DNA of 64,000 nucleotides from the NCBI GenBank assembly GCA_014905635.1, contig CM026548.1, positions 1,240,001 to 1,304,000 on the forward strand, written 5' to 3'. This stretch comes from Scenedesmus sp. PABB004 (lineage: Eukaryota). This document shows positions 43,156-55,855 of the stretch, piece after piece (position 1 is the stretch's first letter; every line of letters starts with the position of its first letter). The position numbers were made by a program, and so were the translations under genes. The notes beneath the pieces are model-generated. The model saw only the letters and a program-made list of their open reading frames with translations, did not search any database and was not told where the DNA came from.

Positions 43156-44318
43156 CCCGGAGCCGCGCGGCGCGGCGGGCGGCGTGACGGCGCGTTTGAG
43201 GGCACGGCTCGGGGAGGGGCGGGGCGCGCGGGGGCGCGCGGCTTTGGCTGCTGCGCTTGTTGTACAACCGTTGGTCTTTCGTTTGTCGCAACCTGTTGCA
43301 TTTTGTGTGTGCGGCGGCGCGGCGCGTGAACGGACGTCGGCCGCACCCGCTGCGACGCCGCGCGCGGGATTGCGTGCGCATCGTCAAAACTGCATTGAGG
43401 GCGCAGATGGGCGGCCCGGCCGCTGCGCGCACGGTCGTGCGCGCCGGTGACGCCGTGCTGGTGGCGGCACGCGTGGTGCGCGACGAGCTGGGGGTGCGAG
43501 GGCCCGCCTGCACGGCCAGACGTTTTTCGGAACAGAACTCTCTGTTGCCCGCGCGCCAACGCGGCGGCGCGGCGGCGGCACTGATGTGCGCGGCGCGCAC
43601 TGTCATTGCCGCAACGTCAACGTCACTGTCGCAGCGGCCACGCACAGAACGGGGCCGTGCCGCACACTCTGAGCGGGCGGGCTGAGCAGCCGGCAAAACC
43701 GCGTCGTGTGGCGACGATGAAACCTCTTGATCGACTGTGACTGTATGTGCGACATCACTGTCGGGGCGGCGGCGGGGCGCCGTGGTCGCGCGGCGGAAAA
43801 GGCGCGCGCGCGGCAGCAGCTGCTCTGTGCCGCCGCTCGGTTCCGGCGCGCGTCACGGCGCCGCGCACGGACGCCTGCTTGTCTCGCGGGTCGGTTGCGG
43901 CGGGGGCGCCTTGCTGGCTTGTGTTTGGGGCGCGCGTGTGGTGTTCGTTAGCATGCCCTTGCTTCCGGCCTCTCTCTTGACCACCACTGCGCACTGCGAC
44001 TCGTCCACGTGGGCGCGCCCAGGTCAGACAGGCACACCACGCGGGCTCAGGTTTCTTCTAGACGGGGGCGAGTGCGCGCGAGGGGGTTGCCGGGGTGCGC
44101 GCTGGGGGCAGGCAGGCAGGCACTGCACGCGCAGTGCACGCACGCAGCGGCACCAGTCTTTGTTTGTCGGACTAGGTCGGAGGAGGACGTGCTGTCACAC
44201 ACCACATGGTCCCGCCCGCTCGCGCTCCCGCCGCTCGCTCGCACTCCCGCGCTCGCGCTCCTGCCTGAGCGGCAGCTCGCCCAGCCGCCGCAGCTGGAGC
44301 AGCCGCCTCGGTGGCTGT

Positions 44319-45074
44319 TCAGTTGCCGCCAAAGCCGCGCTTCTCCCGCCGCACGCGCACGCGCTTCTTAGCCTCAGCCTCGGCCGTGTCGGCGGCTGCC
44401 GACGCGCTGCGCCGTGCGCGGGCGCGGCGGCGGCGGCGGCGGCGGCGCTGCTCCGTCGGCGGCCGCGCGCGGCGCGGCGCGCCGCCGGCGCGGCGCCCGC
44501 GTGCGCGCACCTGGACGCGAGCGGCGCCGGCGTCGTGCGGTCCTCCTTCTCCTGCTTGTCGTCCAGCCATGTCTTGAGGGTCAGGTACGCCACCTGCACG
44601 GCCAGCCGCGGCGGGCAGGCGGCTCGCGCGCCCAGCCGCGCCCCGCGGCAGCCGCCAGCCGGCAGCCGCGCCGCGCCGCCGCGGCGTGCTCACCCCGCCG
44701 GTCACGAGCACCAGCAGCGCGAATACCACCGCGGCGAGCACTGAGACCACGAGGTCGGTGCTGCCCGCCGACTGCTCCTGCACCGCAGAGAAGGCCGCAT
44801 CCACCTCTGCATCCTCGCCCGCCGCGGCGGCGGCAGCGCGCGCGAGCAGCAGCAGCGGCAGCGCGGCGGCCGCGCCGGCCGCAGCGGGCGGGCCCAATTG
44901 TGTGGGCGCCGACTGCTGCGCCTGCGGGAGGGCCGCCCGCCGCTGCAGGCGGGCCGGCGCGGCGGATCGGAGGGCCGGTGCGGAGGGCCGGCGCCGCGCC
45001 GCCGCCGGCGAGCCCAGGCCACGCCGCCGCGCCAGCCGCTGCCCGCACTGCGTCAGAGAGAGCGCCGCGCTCAT
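44319..45074 (-). CDS. Small single-TM protein, probably plastid/thylakoid, unknown function (3 exons)
   Basis: Transit-like N-terminus with a hydrophobic AxA-type segment, then TM DLVVSVLAAVVFALLVLVTGG|VAYLTL, charged WLDDKQEKE, and a basic end RVRREKRGFGGN*. Confidence 0.75.
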   Translation of the reverse strand: MSAALSLTQCGQRLARRRGLGSPAAARRRPSAPALRSAAPARLQRRAALPQAQQSAPTQLGPPAAAGAAAALPLLLLARAAAAAAGEDAEVDAAFSAVQEQSAGSTDLVVSVLAAVVFALLVLVTGGVSTPRRRGAAAGWRLPRGAAGRASRLPAAAGRAGGVPDPQDMAGRQAGEGGPHDAGAARVQVRARGRRAGGAPRRARPPTEQRRRRRRRRARARRSASAAADTAEAEAKKRVRVRREKRGFGGN

Positions 45075-45570
45075 CGCGACTGGGGATCTGTGGTCTTTGA
45101 CGCGCTGGTGGCGGCAGGGGGCGGGGGCAGTGCGCGCGCTGCGTTCGCTGGAACAGCGCAGCTCGCGTGTGTGTGTCGCCGTCTGGTGAGGGAGGGCGGG
45201 CGTACGCGCCTCATACGCGCCTCACCTGCCCCAGCATGTGGAGACCACGCCGCCCCCGCTGCACCCCAGCGCCGCAAACGCGCGGCCGCCGCTCGCGCCG
45301 CTCGCGCCGTCGGCCATTCGTCGCTGCCCGCTGGCCGCAGCGCGAGCGCACTGGGCCGCCCCTGCGGCGCCGCCGCAGACGCGTGCCGCACGGCGGCGAG
45401 CAGCAGCGCGTCGCGCCCGCTTTCGCGCGCGCGGGGGCTGCTTTTTGCAGCGACGGCTTGACCGTGCCTGAACGCGTGCTGAGACCGCGCCTCCAGCGGC
45501 AGATCGGGCCCGCGGCGATGGGCTGGCCCGCCTGAAGGCGCGGAGCGCAGCCCCAAGGCTGCCCTGGCCC

Positions 45571-45907
45571 ATGGCGGGCCAGAGCGTGCTGGCGGGCCAC
45601 CTCCCGCTGCCCGTGGCGCTGTGTGGCGGCGCCAGGTGCGGCGGCGGCGCAACTGCGGCACCGGCGCCGCAGCAGCAGCGCACAGCGCGCCGCGCGCCCC
45701 TCCTGCGTGGTGTGGGCCGCCGCCGCCGCCGAGCGCCCCGCGCCCCTCCTGCCCCGCAGGCTGGACGACCTGGTCGGCACGCGCGTCGCCGCGTCCCAGC
45801 AGCGCACGAGGCTGCTGCTGCTGCCGGCGGGCGCGCCCGCGGGCGACGCCGGCGCGGCCGCCGCGAGTGATGCCGACGTCCTCTGCACGACCCTCTCTGC
45901 CGCCACA

Positions 45908-45948
<41 letters not shown>

Positions 45949-46866
45949 CGTGGCATCGCTGCGCGCCGCGGCCGCGCGCGTGTGGGCGGCTGAGCACGGC
46001 CTGTCGGCCTGCCGCGCGCGGGTGAAGCAGCTGCACCAGCTGCTGCAGGCCGGCCTCGTGCGCCTGCGCGTGGCCAGCGTGACGCCTGAGCCCGCGCCCG
46101 ACCCCGCCGCCGCGGCGGCGGCGGCGGCGGCGGCGCCGCCGGCCTTGATGCGCAACGGCGGCAAGGGCCAGGGGCGCGGCGGGGGCGCGGCGACGCCCGC
46201 CGCCGGCTGGGCAGTCGTGGAGGTGGTGCTGGCGCCAGGGGCCTTCTACGCCACCGGCGCGCCGCCCGAGGCGTTTAGTCAGCTGCCGGACGTCCCGGCG
46301 GGGCGGCTGGGCGCCGCGCAGCGCGCGGCGTGCGTCAACGCGCTGGTCGCCATGCTGCAGGGCAGCGTGGCGGCACCGCCGCCCCGCGGGCAGCCGCGCG
46401 GGGACGGCGTGCCGGCGGCCAGCGGCGGCGGCGACGCCGGCGACGGCAGCGACGGCGAGGGCAGCGACAGTGACGGCGACGGCGACGGCGGGGCCGAGCT
46501 GCAGGCGCTGGTCGCGGCGGCCGCGAGCCGCGCGGGCGCCGCCAGCGCGCAGCCGCCGGGCGCAGGCCACGGCGCCGGCAGCTCGCGCGCCGCGGGCGCC
46601 GCCGCCGCGGCCGCAGCCGCCGCTGCGGCGCACGCGGCGGAGCAGGCGCGGCGGCGGCTCGGCCAGCAGCTGGAGCTGCTCGAGTGCCCCGAGACCGCCG
46701 CCGCCGCTCAGGCGGACGTGCGGACGAGCGTGTTCGATTGGGTAAACCCCACGGCGTGGCACCTGGAGGCGCCCGACCCGCCGGGCCTGGCCTGCCGCCT
46801 GTTCAGGTATCAGCGCCGCGCGCTCGCCTGGATGCTCTGGCGCGAGCGCCACGGCGCCCGGGCGCT

Positions 46867-46899
<33 letters not shown>

Positions 46900-49800
46900 G
46901 GCGGCGGCGGCGGCGCAGGAGGGCGACGCCGAGGCGGGCGCCGTCCTGGGCGCGCAGCTGCTCAACCCGCTGTGGGCGGCGGTGCGGCTGCGCCCCGGCG
47001 CCGGCGCGGCCTGCGCCGGCGGGGGTGGCGCAGACGCGGCAGCGGCGCCGCGCACCGTCTACCACGCCGCCACCGCCGGCCTGCTCAGCCTGGCGCGGCC
47101 GCCGGGCTTTGCGGGGTGCCCCGGCGGCATCCTCAGCGATGAGATGGGCATCGGCAAGACCGTTGAGGTGCGGTGGGGCCCGCACGCGCGCGTGTCTGGC
47201 GGCGGCGGCGGCGGCGGCGGGGGAGGGGGGGGGGGGGCAGGCCCGCAGCCGGCGGCCCCGGCGGGCGCGGGCCGCGGCAGCCGCGCCGCGCCGCGCCGCG
47301 CCGCGCTGCGCGGCGCCGCGCGCGGGCCTCCCCGCCGCCGCCGACGCATGCGGGGCACCCGCCCCGCCGCGCCGGGCCGCAGGTGCTGGCGCTGCTGCTG
47401 GCGCGGCCGCCGCCGCCGGAGCTCAAGGGCACGCGGGCGCCGCCGGCAGCCGCCGCAGCGGGGGGCGGCACCAGCGAGGGCGAGGGGAGCGAGCAGGGCA
47501 CAGAGGAGGTCACAGAGGAGGAGGATAAGGAGGCGCCGCCGCCGTGGCAGCAGGCGCGGCAGCAGGCGGCGCAGCGGAAGCGGCAGCGGCAGCTGCAGGA
47601 GCCGCAGGCGGAGGGCGGGTCGCAGGAGGAGGGCGACGAGCCCGCCGCCCCCGCCGCCTGGGGCGGCCACGGCAAGCGCGCGCCGCGGCGCCGCGGAGCC
47701 GCGCCGCCCCCGCCGCGGCAGCCCGAGGCGGCCGCGCCGCAGGCGCAGGGCGGCCGGCGGCAGCAGCAGACGCAGCAGGCGCAGCAGCAGCAGGGCGGCG
47801 CCAGGGCGGCGTGGCCGGCGCCCGGGAAGTGGGGCGGCGGCACGCTGGTCGTCACGCCGCCGGCGATCCTGCAGCAGTGGATCGCAGAGGTGCAGAAGCA
47901 CACCCCCGGGCTCAGCGTCCAGGTGCGCGGCGGCTCTGGCAGCCAGCGGCTTGCAGCGGGCCGCCCACGCCTCAGCCCCCCCCTCCCCTTCTCCTCCCAG
48001 GTGTACGACGGCCTGCGGTGGCTGCGCGCCAACAGGGAGGCGGCGGCGCGCAAGGCGGAGGCTGAGGCGCGCCGCGCGGCGGCCAAGGACAAGCGCGAGA
48101 AGCGGTGCGGCGCGGCGCGGCGGCTGCGCGGCGCGGCGGCCGCGCGGCTGGGTCGGCGCCGCGCGCGCCGCCGAGCTGCCCGCCGGCCGCGCCGCTCCGC
48201 GCCGTGGGCCCAGGCTGTCCAAAGCGGAGGAGGCGCTGCGGCGGCAATATGAGTACATGCTGATGGGGCCGCCCGAGGAGCCCTGCTTTGACGCGGGTGC
48301 GGGGCGCGCGCCGCGCGGCGCAGCAGCACAGCACAGCGCGGCGTGGCGCGGCGCGGCGCGGCGAGCCGCGCGGCCGCGCGCCGAGCTCGCGCCCGTGTGC
48401 CGCGCGGCGCGCGCCGCAGAGGCCGAGGCGGCCGAGGCGGTGGCGGAGCTGCTGCGCGCCGACGTGGTGGTCACGACGTTTGATGTGTTGCAGCAGGTGC
48501 GGCGCGGCGCGCGTGGGCGGCGGCACGGCCAGCACGGCCAGGCCCTGCCGCCCGCCTGCTTCAACGCACTCGCGCGCGCGTGCGCCCCGCGCCCGCAGGA
48601 GGTGCACTATTCGGGCGACGCCTCGGAGCGCGTCGGCTCGCTGCGCCACGCCAAGCGCTACGCCGTGCCGGAGTCGCCGCTGCTGCAGGCGCGCGGCGGC
48701 AGCGCGCCTGGCGCGTGGGCGCGCCGGGGGGGGGGGGGGCTGCGGCGGCCGCCGCCGCCGCCGCCACGCACACCGCGGGCTGCCGCCGCACGCCGCGCAG
48801 GTGCACTGGTGGCGGGCCGTCGTGGACGAGTCGCAGCTCGTGGGCGGCAACATGAGCGCGACCGCGACCATGGTCGGCTATCTCACAGCCGCGCACCGCT
48901 GGGCCGTCACGGGCACGCCCATCGGCGCGGGTGCGGCGCGCCGCTCGCGGCAGCAGCGGCGGCCGCCCTCGCTGCCCGGCGTGCGCACGCTGCCCGCCGC
49001 CCCTGCCCTCGCTGACAGCTGGCGCCCCCAAACCCTGAACCCAATCGCAGGCGGGCTGGAGGACCTGCAGCACCTGCTACGCCTCATCCAGGCCGCGCCG
49101 TTCGACAGCCCGACGGTGTTTCGCACCGCCATCGCCCAGCCCTTTGCCGCGTCGGTCGCCGCCGCCGCCGCGGCGCTCGAGGCGCGACACGCGCTGCATG
49201 CGCTGGAGCAGGGCGGCGGCGCCGACGCCGAGGATGCTGAGGAGCCGGCCGACGCCGACGTGTCGGCGCTGCGGCGCGCGGCGCGCTACGGCCCGCGCGC
49301 GCGCGACGGCGTGCGCCGGCTGCTGGCGCTGCTGCAGGCGCTCATGTGGCGCACGCCCAAGGAGGTCGCCGCGCGCGACCACCCGCTGCCGGCGCGGTGC
49401 GCGCAAGCCCGCTGCGCCGCGCCGCGCCGGCCGCCCGTGCGGCGCCGCCGCCGACGATCGGCCGCCCGTACGGCGCCGCCGCCGATGCTCTGGCCGCCGC
49501 GCCGCCGCGCCGCGCCGCGCCGCGCCGCAGGCACGTGCGGTGCGCGCTGCTGCGCTTCAGCCCGGACGAGCAGTCGGTCTACGATTCCATCATCGACAAG
49601 ACCGCCGCGGCGAGCAGGGAGCTGGTGGCGCAGCGCGACGCGGCCGCGGCCGCGCAGGAGGAGGAGGCCGCGGCGGCGGCCGTGGCGGCGGCGGCCGCGG
49701 CCGCGGCGGCCGACGCGCCCGGCAGCAGCGAGGCGGCCGCGGCGGCCGCGGCGGCGGTGGCTGCGGCGGCCGCGGCGGCGGCGGAGGCCGCCGTGGCGCG

Positions 49801-51767
49801 GCAGGCGCTCGCACGCGCAGACGCAGCGGCGGCAGAGGCCACCGAGGCGCCGCAGGCGCCCGCGCGCGCCAGCACCAGGGCCCGCAGCGCGCCGCGCGCC
49901 CGCGGCCGGCGCAGCGCGAAGCGGCGCGGCGGCGCGGCGCAGGGGGGCGACCCGTCCCAGCTGGCGTCGGGGCAGCTGCTGCAGCTGCGCCTCGCGTGCC
50001 TGCACCCACAGCTCACCAGGTGCGCTGCGCCGCGCGCGGCGCCCTGGCAGGGGGGGAGCCTCGCGTCCCGCCCGGCCTCGCCCCTGCGCCGCTCCCGCCG
50101 CGCGTCGCGCGCGCCGCCGCCGCTCACGCCGCGCGCCGCCGCCGCCGCTCCCTGCTTCATACAGCTACTGGAAGGATCTGTCCTCTGAGCTCCAGCTGCG
50201 CGGCGGCGTGCTGAGCATCGGTGAGATCCTCGGGCGCATGTGCGACGGCGCGCAGCTCAAGCTTCAGGCGGCCGAGCGGCAGCTGTGCACCACGCTCAAC
50301 GCGCTCGCGACGCGGCTCATCGCCGCGGCGGACGAGGCGGACGCGGACGAGGCGGCCGCCGCCGCCGCGGCGGCGGCCACCGCCGCGCCGCCGCCGCCCG
50401 GCGGCAGCAGCGGCCGCAAGCGCAAGCGCGGCGCGCCGCAGGGCAGCGGCCGGGCGGTGCGGGGCCGGCGCGGCGCGGAGAGCTCGGACGAGCCCTCGGA
50501 CTCGGAGCACGAGCTGGAGGGCGAGGAGCAGGAGGCGCGCGACCAGCGCGGCGCGCCGGCGGGCCCCAGCAGCAGCAGGGCGGCGGCCGCCGGCGCGGAG
50601 GCGCGCGCCGGCCGGCCGGCCAAGCGGGTGCGCTTTGACGCCGCAGCCGGCGACGACGCGAGCGGCGGCGACAGCGGCGACGACCAGGCGGCCGAGGTTG
50701 GCGGCGCCAAGAAGCGGCGCCGGCGGCGCAGCGGCAGCGAGGGGGGCAGCGCCGCGGAGCTGCGGCAGGCGGCGCTGAAGCTGCTGGAGGACAGCCACCA
50801 GGTGCGCGCCCGGGGCGCCGCGCCGGCGCGCGCGGCGCTGCCCGAGCGGGCGCTCGGGTCCGCACGGGCTGGGTATAGGCGGGACCCCGGGCCCTGCTGC
50901 CTGAGCCCTGGTGCCCTGAACCCGCAGGTGGAGGAGCACGGCATTGGCAAGCTCATGGGCAGCGGCAGCGCCGCGCAGCAGGAGGCGCCCGAGGACATCG
51001 CCGGCGGCAACGCCGTGTGGCGCGCGTGGAAGCTGGTCGGCCTGCAGACCGCGCAGGCGCTGACGGCGCTGTGCGGGCAGCTGGCGCTGCCGGAGGGCGT
51101 GCGTGAGCGCCACGCAAACCAGCTGGCCAAGAAGCGCGCCGAGCTGCTGGAGGCGCCCACGATCGACGTCACAAAGGCACGGACGGCGCCCGCGCGTCAC
51201 AAAGGCACGAACGGCGCCTGAGCCCCGGGCGCCCACGTGCCCCCCCCCCCCCCCCCGCCGCCGCAGCAGGCCGCGTCGAAGCTGGAGGGCCTGACGCGGC
51301 GCGTGACGGAGTGGGAGGCGGAGCTGGCCGCCGCCTGGGGCGCGGCGGCGGCGGCGGGCGTGCCCGTCGCCGACATCGCAGGTCTGCGCCGGCTGGCCCC
51401 AGCCGCTCGTGCGGCTCTGCCGGAGGTTGGCGCTCACCGCCCCCGCGTGCCCCGCAGGCGCGCCCAGCGCGGAGGCGTGGCTGGCGGCGCTCGCGGACGA
51501 TGTGTCGGAGGCCAAGGCCGCGGAGGCGGGCGCGCGGGAGCAGCGCACCGTCGTGCACGGCGCCGCGGCTACCACGGTGCTCCTGGGCGACCACGTGCCG
51601 CGCCTGCTGGAGCGACTCGAGGCGCCCGCGGCCGCCGACCGCGCGCTCGCCGAAGGCCTGGTCGGCCAGGTGCACGCGCGCGCGGCGTCGGCGCTGCTGG
51701 CCGCCGTGCGCGCGGAGCTGCAGCGCGGCCGCCCCAGGCAGCCCGCCGGCCGGCAGGCGCAGCGCAG

Positions 51768-51799
<32 letters not shown>

Positions 51800-54734
51800 A
51801 CTCGGCCGACCCCGACGGCGACGGGAGCGACGGCGACGAGCCGTCGCCGCAGCCGGGCGAGCGCCACACCGAGCGCGGCGACGGCGGCGCGCACCACGCC
51901 GCCGCCGTCAGCGCGTGGGCGGTCGCCAGCGGCCTGCGCGGCCGCGCGGCCGCGCGCGGCCGCGGCGGCCACGCGGCGGCGGCGGCGGCGGCGGGCGGCG
52001 CGCTCCCTGCGGGCGCTGACTTTGAGGCGGCTGCAGCGGCCGCCGCGGCACAGCAGTTCCTCGACTGCCTGCCTGAGCAGCGAGTCGCGTGGCGGCTGCT
52101 CCTCCGCGGCAGCCTGGGCACCGAGCCGCCCGCCGGCGGGCCGGCCGCGGGCGGCGCCGCGAGCGGCAGCGGCGGCGGCGGCGGCGCTGTCGCCACGCCG
52201 CCGCGCACCGCGGCGGCGCTCGGCGCGCTGCTCGCGGCGCACCTGGCGGCCGGCGGCGGCGGCGGCGGGGCCCTGGCGTCGCAGCTGGCGCGCGCGCAGG
52301 CTGAGAAGCACGTGCAGCAGCTGCTGCGCCAGTTTGACAAAAAGGAGGCCGCCTGCGTGCGCGGCGTCGCGGCCGCGCTGGGCAGCGCCGGCGCCGGCGG
52401 GCAGGGCGCGGGCCGCTACACCGGCGAGGCAGCGGCGGCCGCGCCCGGCGCCGGCGCCGGCGTCGCGGCGCGGCTGGTGCGCCTGCCGCTGCCCGCCGCG
52501 GCGGCCGCGGCCGACGCGGCGCGCGCGCGGCTGGAGCTGCTGCGCGCGCACAAGGCGGTGCACGTGGCGGAGCTGGGCCTGGAGGTCGCGCAGGACGCGC
52601 TGCGGCGCGTGGAGGACGAGGCCGACGCCGCCGCGGCGGGGCAGGCGCCGCAGGCGCGCCGGGGGCGGGCGCCCGCGCGCCGCTTGGCGCGCGCCACGCG
52701 CCGCGCGCCGCGCGCACACGCGCGCGCCCGCGCCGCTGCCCGCAGGCGCTCGCGCTGGCGGACAAGAGCCAGGGGGAGCTGCGGCGCGCCGTTGCCGAGC
52801 TGACCAAGCAGTGCGAGGAGCTGCTGAGCCGCAAGCGCTTCCTCAGCAACCAGGCCAAGGCGAGCGAGGAGGCCGCGCTCGCAGCCAAGCTGCGCAAGCG
52901 CGAACAGGCGCGGGCGCGGGCGGAGGCGGAGGCGGAGGCGGAGGCGGAGGCGGAGGCGGAGGCGGAGGCGGAGGCGGAGGCGGAGGCGGAGGCGCGCGCG
53001 CAGGAGGGCGGCGGGGACGCGGCGGCGGGGCAGCACGACGGCAGCGGCGGCGACGCGGCCGACGGCAGCTCCGACGCGGCGGACGACGAGCTGGAGTGCG
53101 GGATGTGCCGCCAGCCCATGTCGGATCAGCTCCAGGTGCGGCGGGGCAGGTGCCCTGCCCCGCACCACGCCTCGCCGCGCAGCGCTGGCCCGGCGCCGCC
53201 AGCGCGCCCGCCCCCCGCCAACGGCGGCCCTGCCCTGCGCCTACAGGTCTTCGCGTGCGGACATTTTTTTTGCGACGGCTGCGTCAAAACCTGGCTCGCC
53301 ACGCCGCACCCGACCTGCCCGACCTGCCGGCGCGGCGTGACGGCGGCGAGCGCGTTCCGCGTCTCGCTCGCGCCCGGCGGCGGGCACGACCCAGAGGTCG
53401 ACCCGCCCGAGGGCCCCGCCGTGCGCGACGTCAAGGCGCGCGCCGCGCCCCTGGCCGGCGCCGCCGCGCGCGACGCCGCCGCCCCCGCCCCTGCCCCGCC
53501 GCCACGGCGCGCCATCGTCGCCATCGTCGCCGCCGCTCCGCAGGTCCCTGGCATGTGGATGACCAAGATTGAGGCGCTGCTGCGCCGCCTGCTGCTGCTG
53601 CGCGGCAGCGAGCCGGGCGTCAAATCCCTCGTGTTCTCGCAATTCCCAGACGCGCTCTCGCTCGTAGCGAAGGCGCTAGACGTGGTGCAGGTGCGACTGG
53701 ATGTGCGCTTGCGTGCTCGCGTGCCCGTGAGTGTGTGCGTGCGTGGGAGCGGCGCGGCACCCGCGGCCGACGCGCGCCGCCCGCCCGGCCGCCGGCGCAG
53801 ATCAAGCACGTGTCGCTCGGCCTCGGCGGCGGCCGCGACGGCCGGCTCGCGATGCGGAGCGCGATCCGCAAGTTCACAGAGGACCCCGACGTGAGCCGGC
53901 GGCCGCGGCCGCCCGCCGCACGCGGTCGCCCGCCGCACGCCGCACGCCGCACGCCGCACGCCGCACGCCGCACGCCGCACGCCGCACGCCGCACGCCGCA
54001 CGCCGCACGCCGCACGCCGCCCGCCGCCAATGCCGCGCCGCGCTCTCCGCGCCCGCCAGGTGCGCGTGTTCCTGCTCTCGCTGCGCGCGGGCGCGGCGGG
54101 GCTGACGCTGACGGCGGCGAGCCGCGTGTTCCTGCTCGAGCCGGCGCTGGACCCGGCCATTGAGCAGCAGGCGGTCGCGCGCGTGCACCGCATCGGCCAG
54201 ACGCGCCAGGTCGTCATCACGCGCCTCGTGGTCGCGGGCAGCGTCGAGACGGAGGCGAGCCGCGGCGGCGCGCGCGGCGGCCCCGCGCGGCCCGGCCCCG
54301 CGCCGCCGCGGCCAGCGCTGAGCGGGGCGTCGCCGCCGCGTGGCTGCCGCCGCCGCCACCGCGTGCCCGCTCCCGCGCAGGTCCTGCGCATTTGCGAGGC
54401 GAAGCAGGCGCTGATTACGGAGGCGGCGGCGGCGCACGACCCGCACCACCACGAGGCCCAGGCCCCGGGCGGCGGCGAGCGCCCGCTCGGCGGCGGCAGC
54501 GACGACGGCGAGGGCGGCGGCGGCGACAACGGCGAGGGCGGCGGCGACAGCGGCGGCGAGGACTCGGACGGTGGCGGCGGCCGCCGCGGCGCCGGCGCGG
54601 CGGGGCGCCGCCGCGCGCGCGGCAGCGCGCCGACCACGCTGCAGGCGCTGCCGCCGCGGCGCGAGGCGGCGGGGCGCGGCGAGGTGGAGGACCTGCTGGC
54701 CGCGCTGCTCGAGGGCCGCGGCGGCGGCGCGTGA
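45571..54734 (+). CDS. SHPRH/Rad5-Rad16-family SNF2 helicase with a RING E3 ligase domain
   Basis: Helicase motifs: LFRYQRRALAWM, GGILSDEMGIGKT, TLVVTPPAILQQW, VVVTTFDVL, WWRAVVDESQ, RWAVTGTPI, LLQLRLACLHP. C3HC4 RING: CGMC..CGHFFCDGC..CPTCR. C-terminal: KSLVFSQF, GLTLTAASRVFLLEP, QAVARVHRIGQ. Confidence 0.92.
52915..52995 (+). repeat. (GCGGAG)n coding hexamer repeat giving an (AE)n tract upstream of the RING
   Basis: About 12 tandem GCGGAG units in frame. Confidence 0.9.
53930..54020 (+). repeat. Intronic (CGCCGCA)n heptamer tandem repeat
   Basis: About 12 copies of cgccgca within a SHPRH intron. Confidence 0.9.
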
Positions 54735-55855
54735 GCGCGGCGCTGGCACGGCCACGGCGGCGGTGCGGGGGCAGGAGGAGGATGGCAGTGCGGGGGAGTC
54801 CCGAGTCGGCTGCGGAACCCATGCAATTGGCAGGTCCAAGGCCTGCGGGGCCCACCGGCACTGCGCCGCGCGCCGGCGGCGCGCCAGCCCGGTGCAGCTC
54901 TTGCCAGCGCCGCGCGCGTGGGCCTGCGTCGGGCGCAGCAGTTCCACTTCAGTGCGTGCGGTCCATGCCGAGCTCAAGGGCATGCCCCCGGGCCCACGCC
55001 TCGCCAGCACCCACGCACCCCATGCAGCCGGCGCAGCATGCGCTCGCCAAGTCCCGCGTTTCGCCGCCACTGCCGCCGCGCAGCCGCTGCCGAGCCCGCG
55101 CACGTGGCCGGGCAGCCCGCGCGGGCGCGCTGGCACCACTCGGTCGCCAGCGGCGCGCGCGTGCACCACATCGAGAGAGCGAGTGCTGTGCTGCTGGGCA
55201 GCTCGCCCGCCCGGGAGTGCGGGGCTCGAACGACTAACCCCTGCCGCGGCTCTTGAGGGCGGCGTCGTGCACGCCCTCCAACGCGTCCAGGCGCGCCGCG
55301 CACGGGCGGCGCAGCAGCTCAATCCCCACACATGGGAGCCGCGTGCAGCACGCGCGACACCGAAGCCACAACGCTGCTCTACACGTTCCTCTCCTCCTTC
55401 TCATGTGGGCAAAGCGCAGTGACCTAGTACAGTGGACAACGGTGGACAAACAGATATATACAGGCACCGCGCCGAGCGCGGCGGCGACTGCCGCGCCGCC
55501 GCCGCGGGGCAGGCCGGCCGCCGCCGCCGCCGCGGCCCAGACGCGGGCCGGCCGGCCGGCGGCGCGCCCGCCCAAGTGTGTGTATGTGTGTGTATTCGTG
55601 CCCCGGCAATGCGCGGCGTCCGAGCTTGCCTGCGCCATCCAGGGGGGCGACCCCCCCGGCCCGCCCACGCCAGCCTGCGCCCCGCACCCGCCGCGCCGCG
55701 CCGCCGCGGGACCAGCCCCGCGGCCGGCGCGCGCGCCGCCCAGGCCTGCGCACGCGCGCGCGGCCCCGCCGGCGCCGCCGGCCCGGTCCGCGGTACGGCC
55801 CGTGGCCCGGCCCGCGGCCCGCGCGCCGCCACGCCGCCGCGCCGCCCATCGCCGC

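Noticed and set aside
53930..54020. CRISPR-like array
   Set aside because: A simple 7-mer tandem repeat without spacers in a eukaryotic intron; no cas genes.
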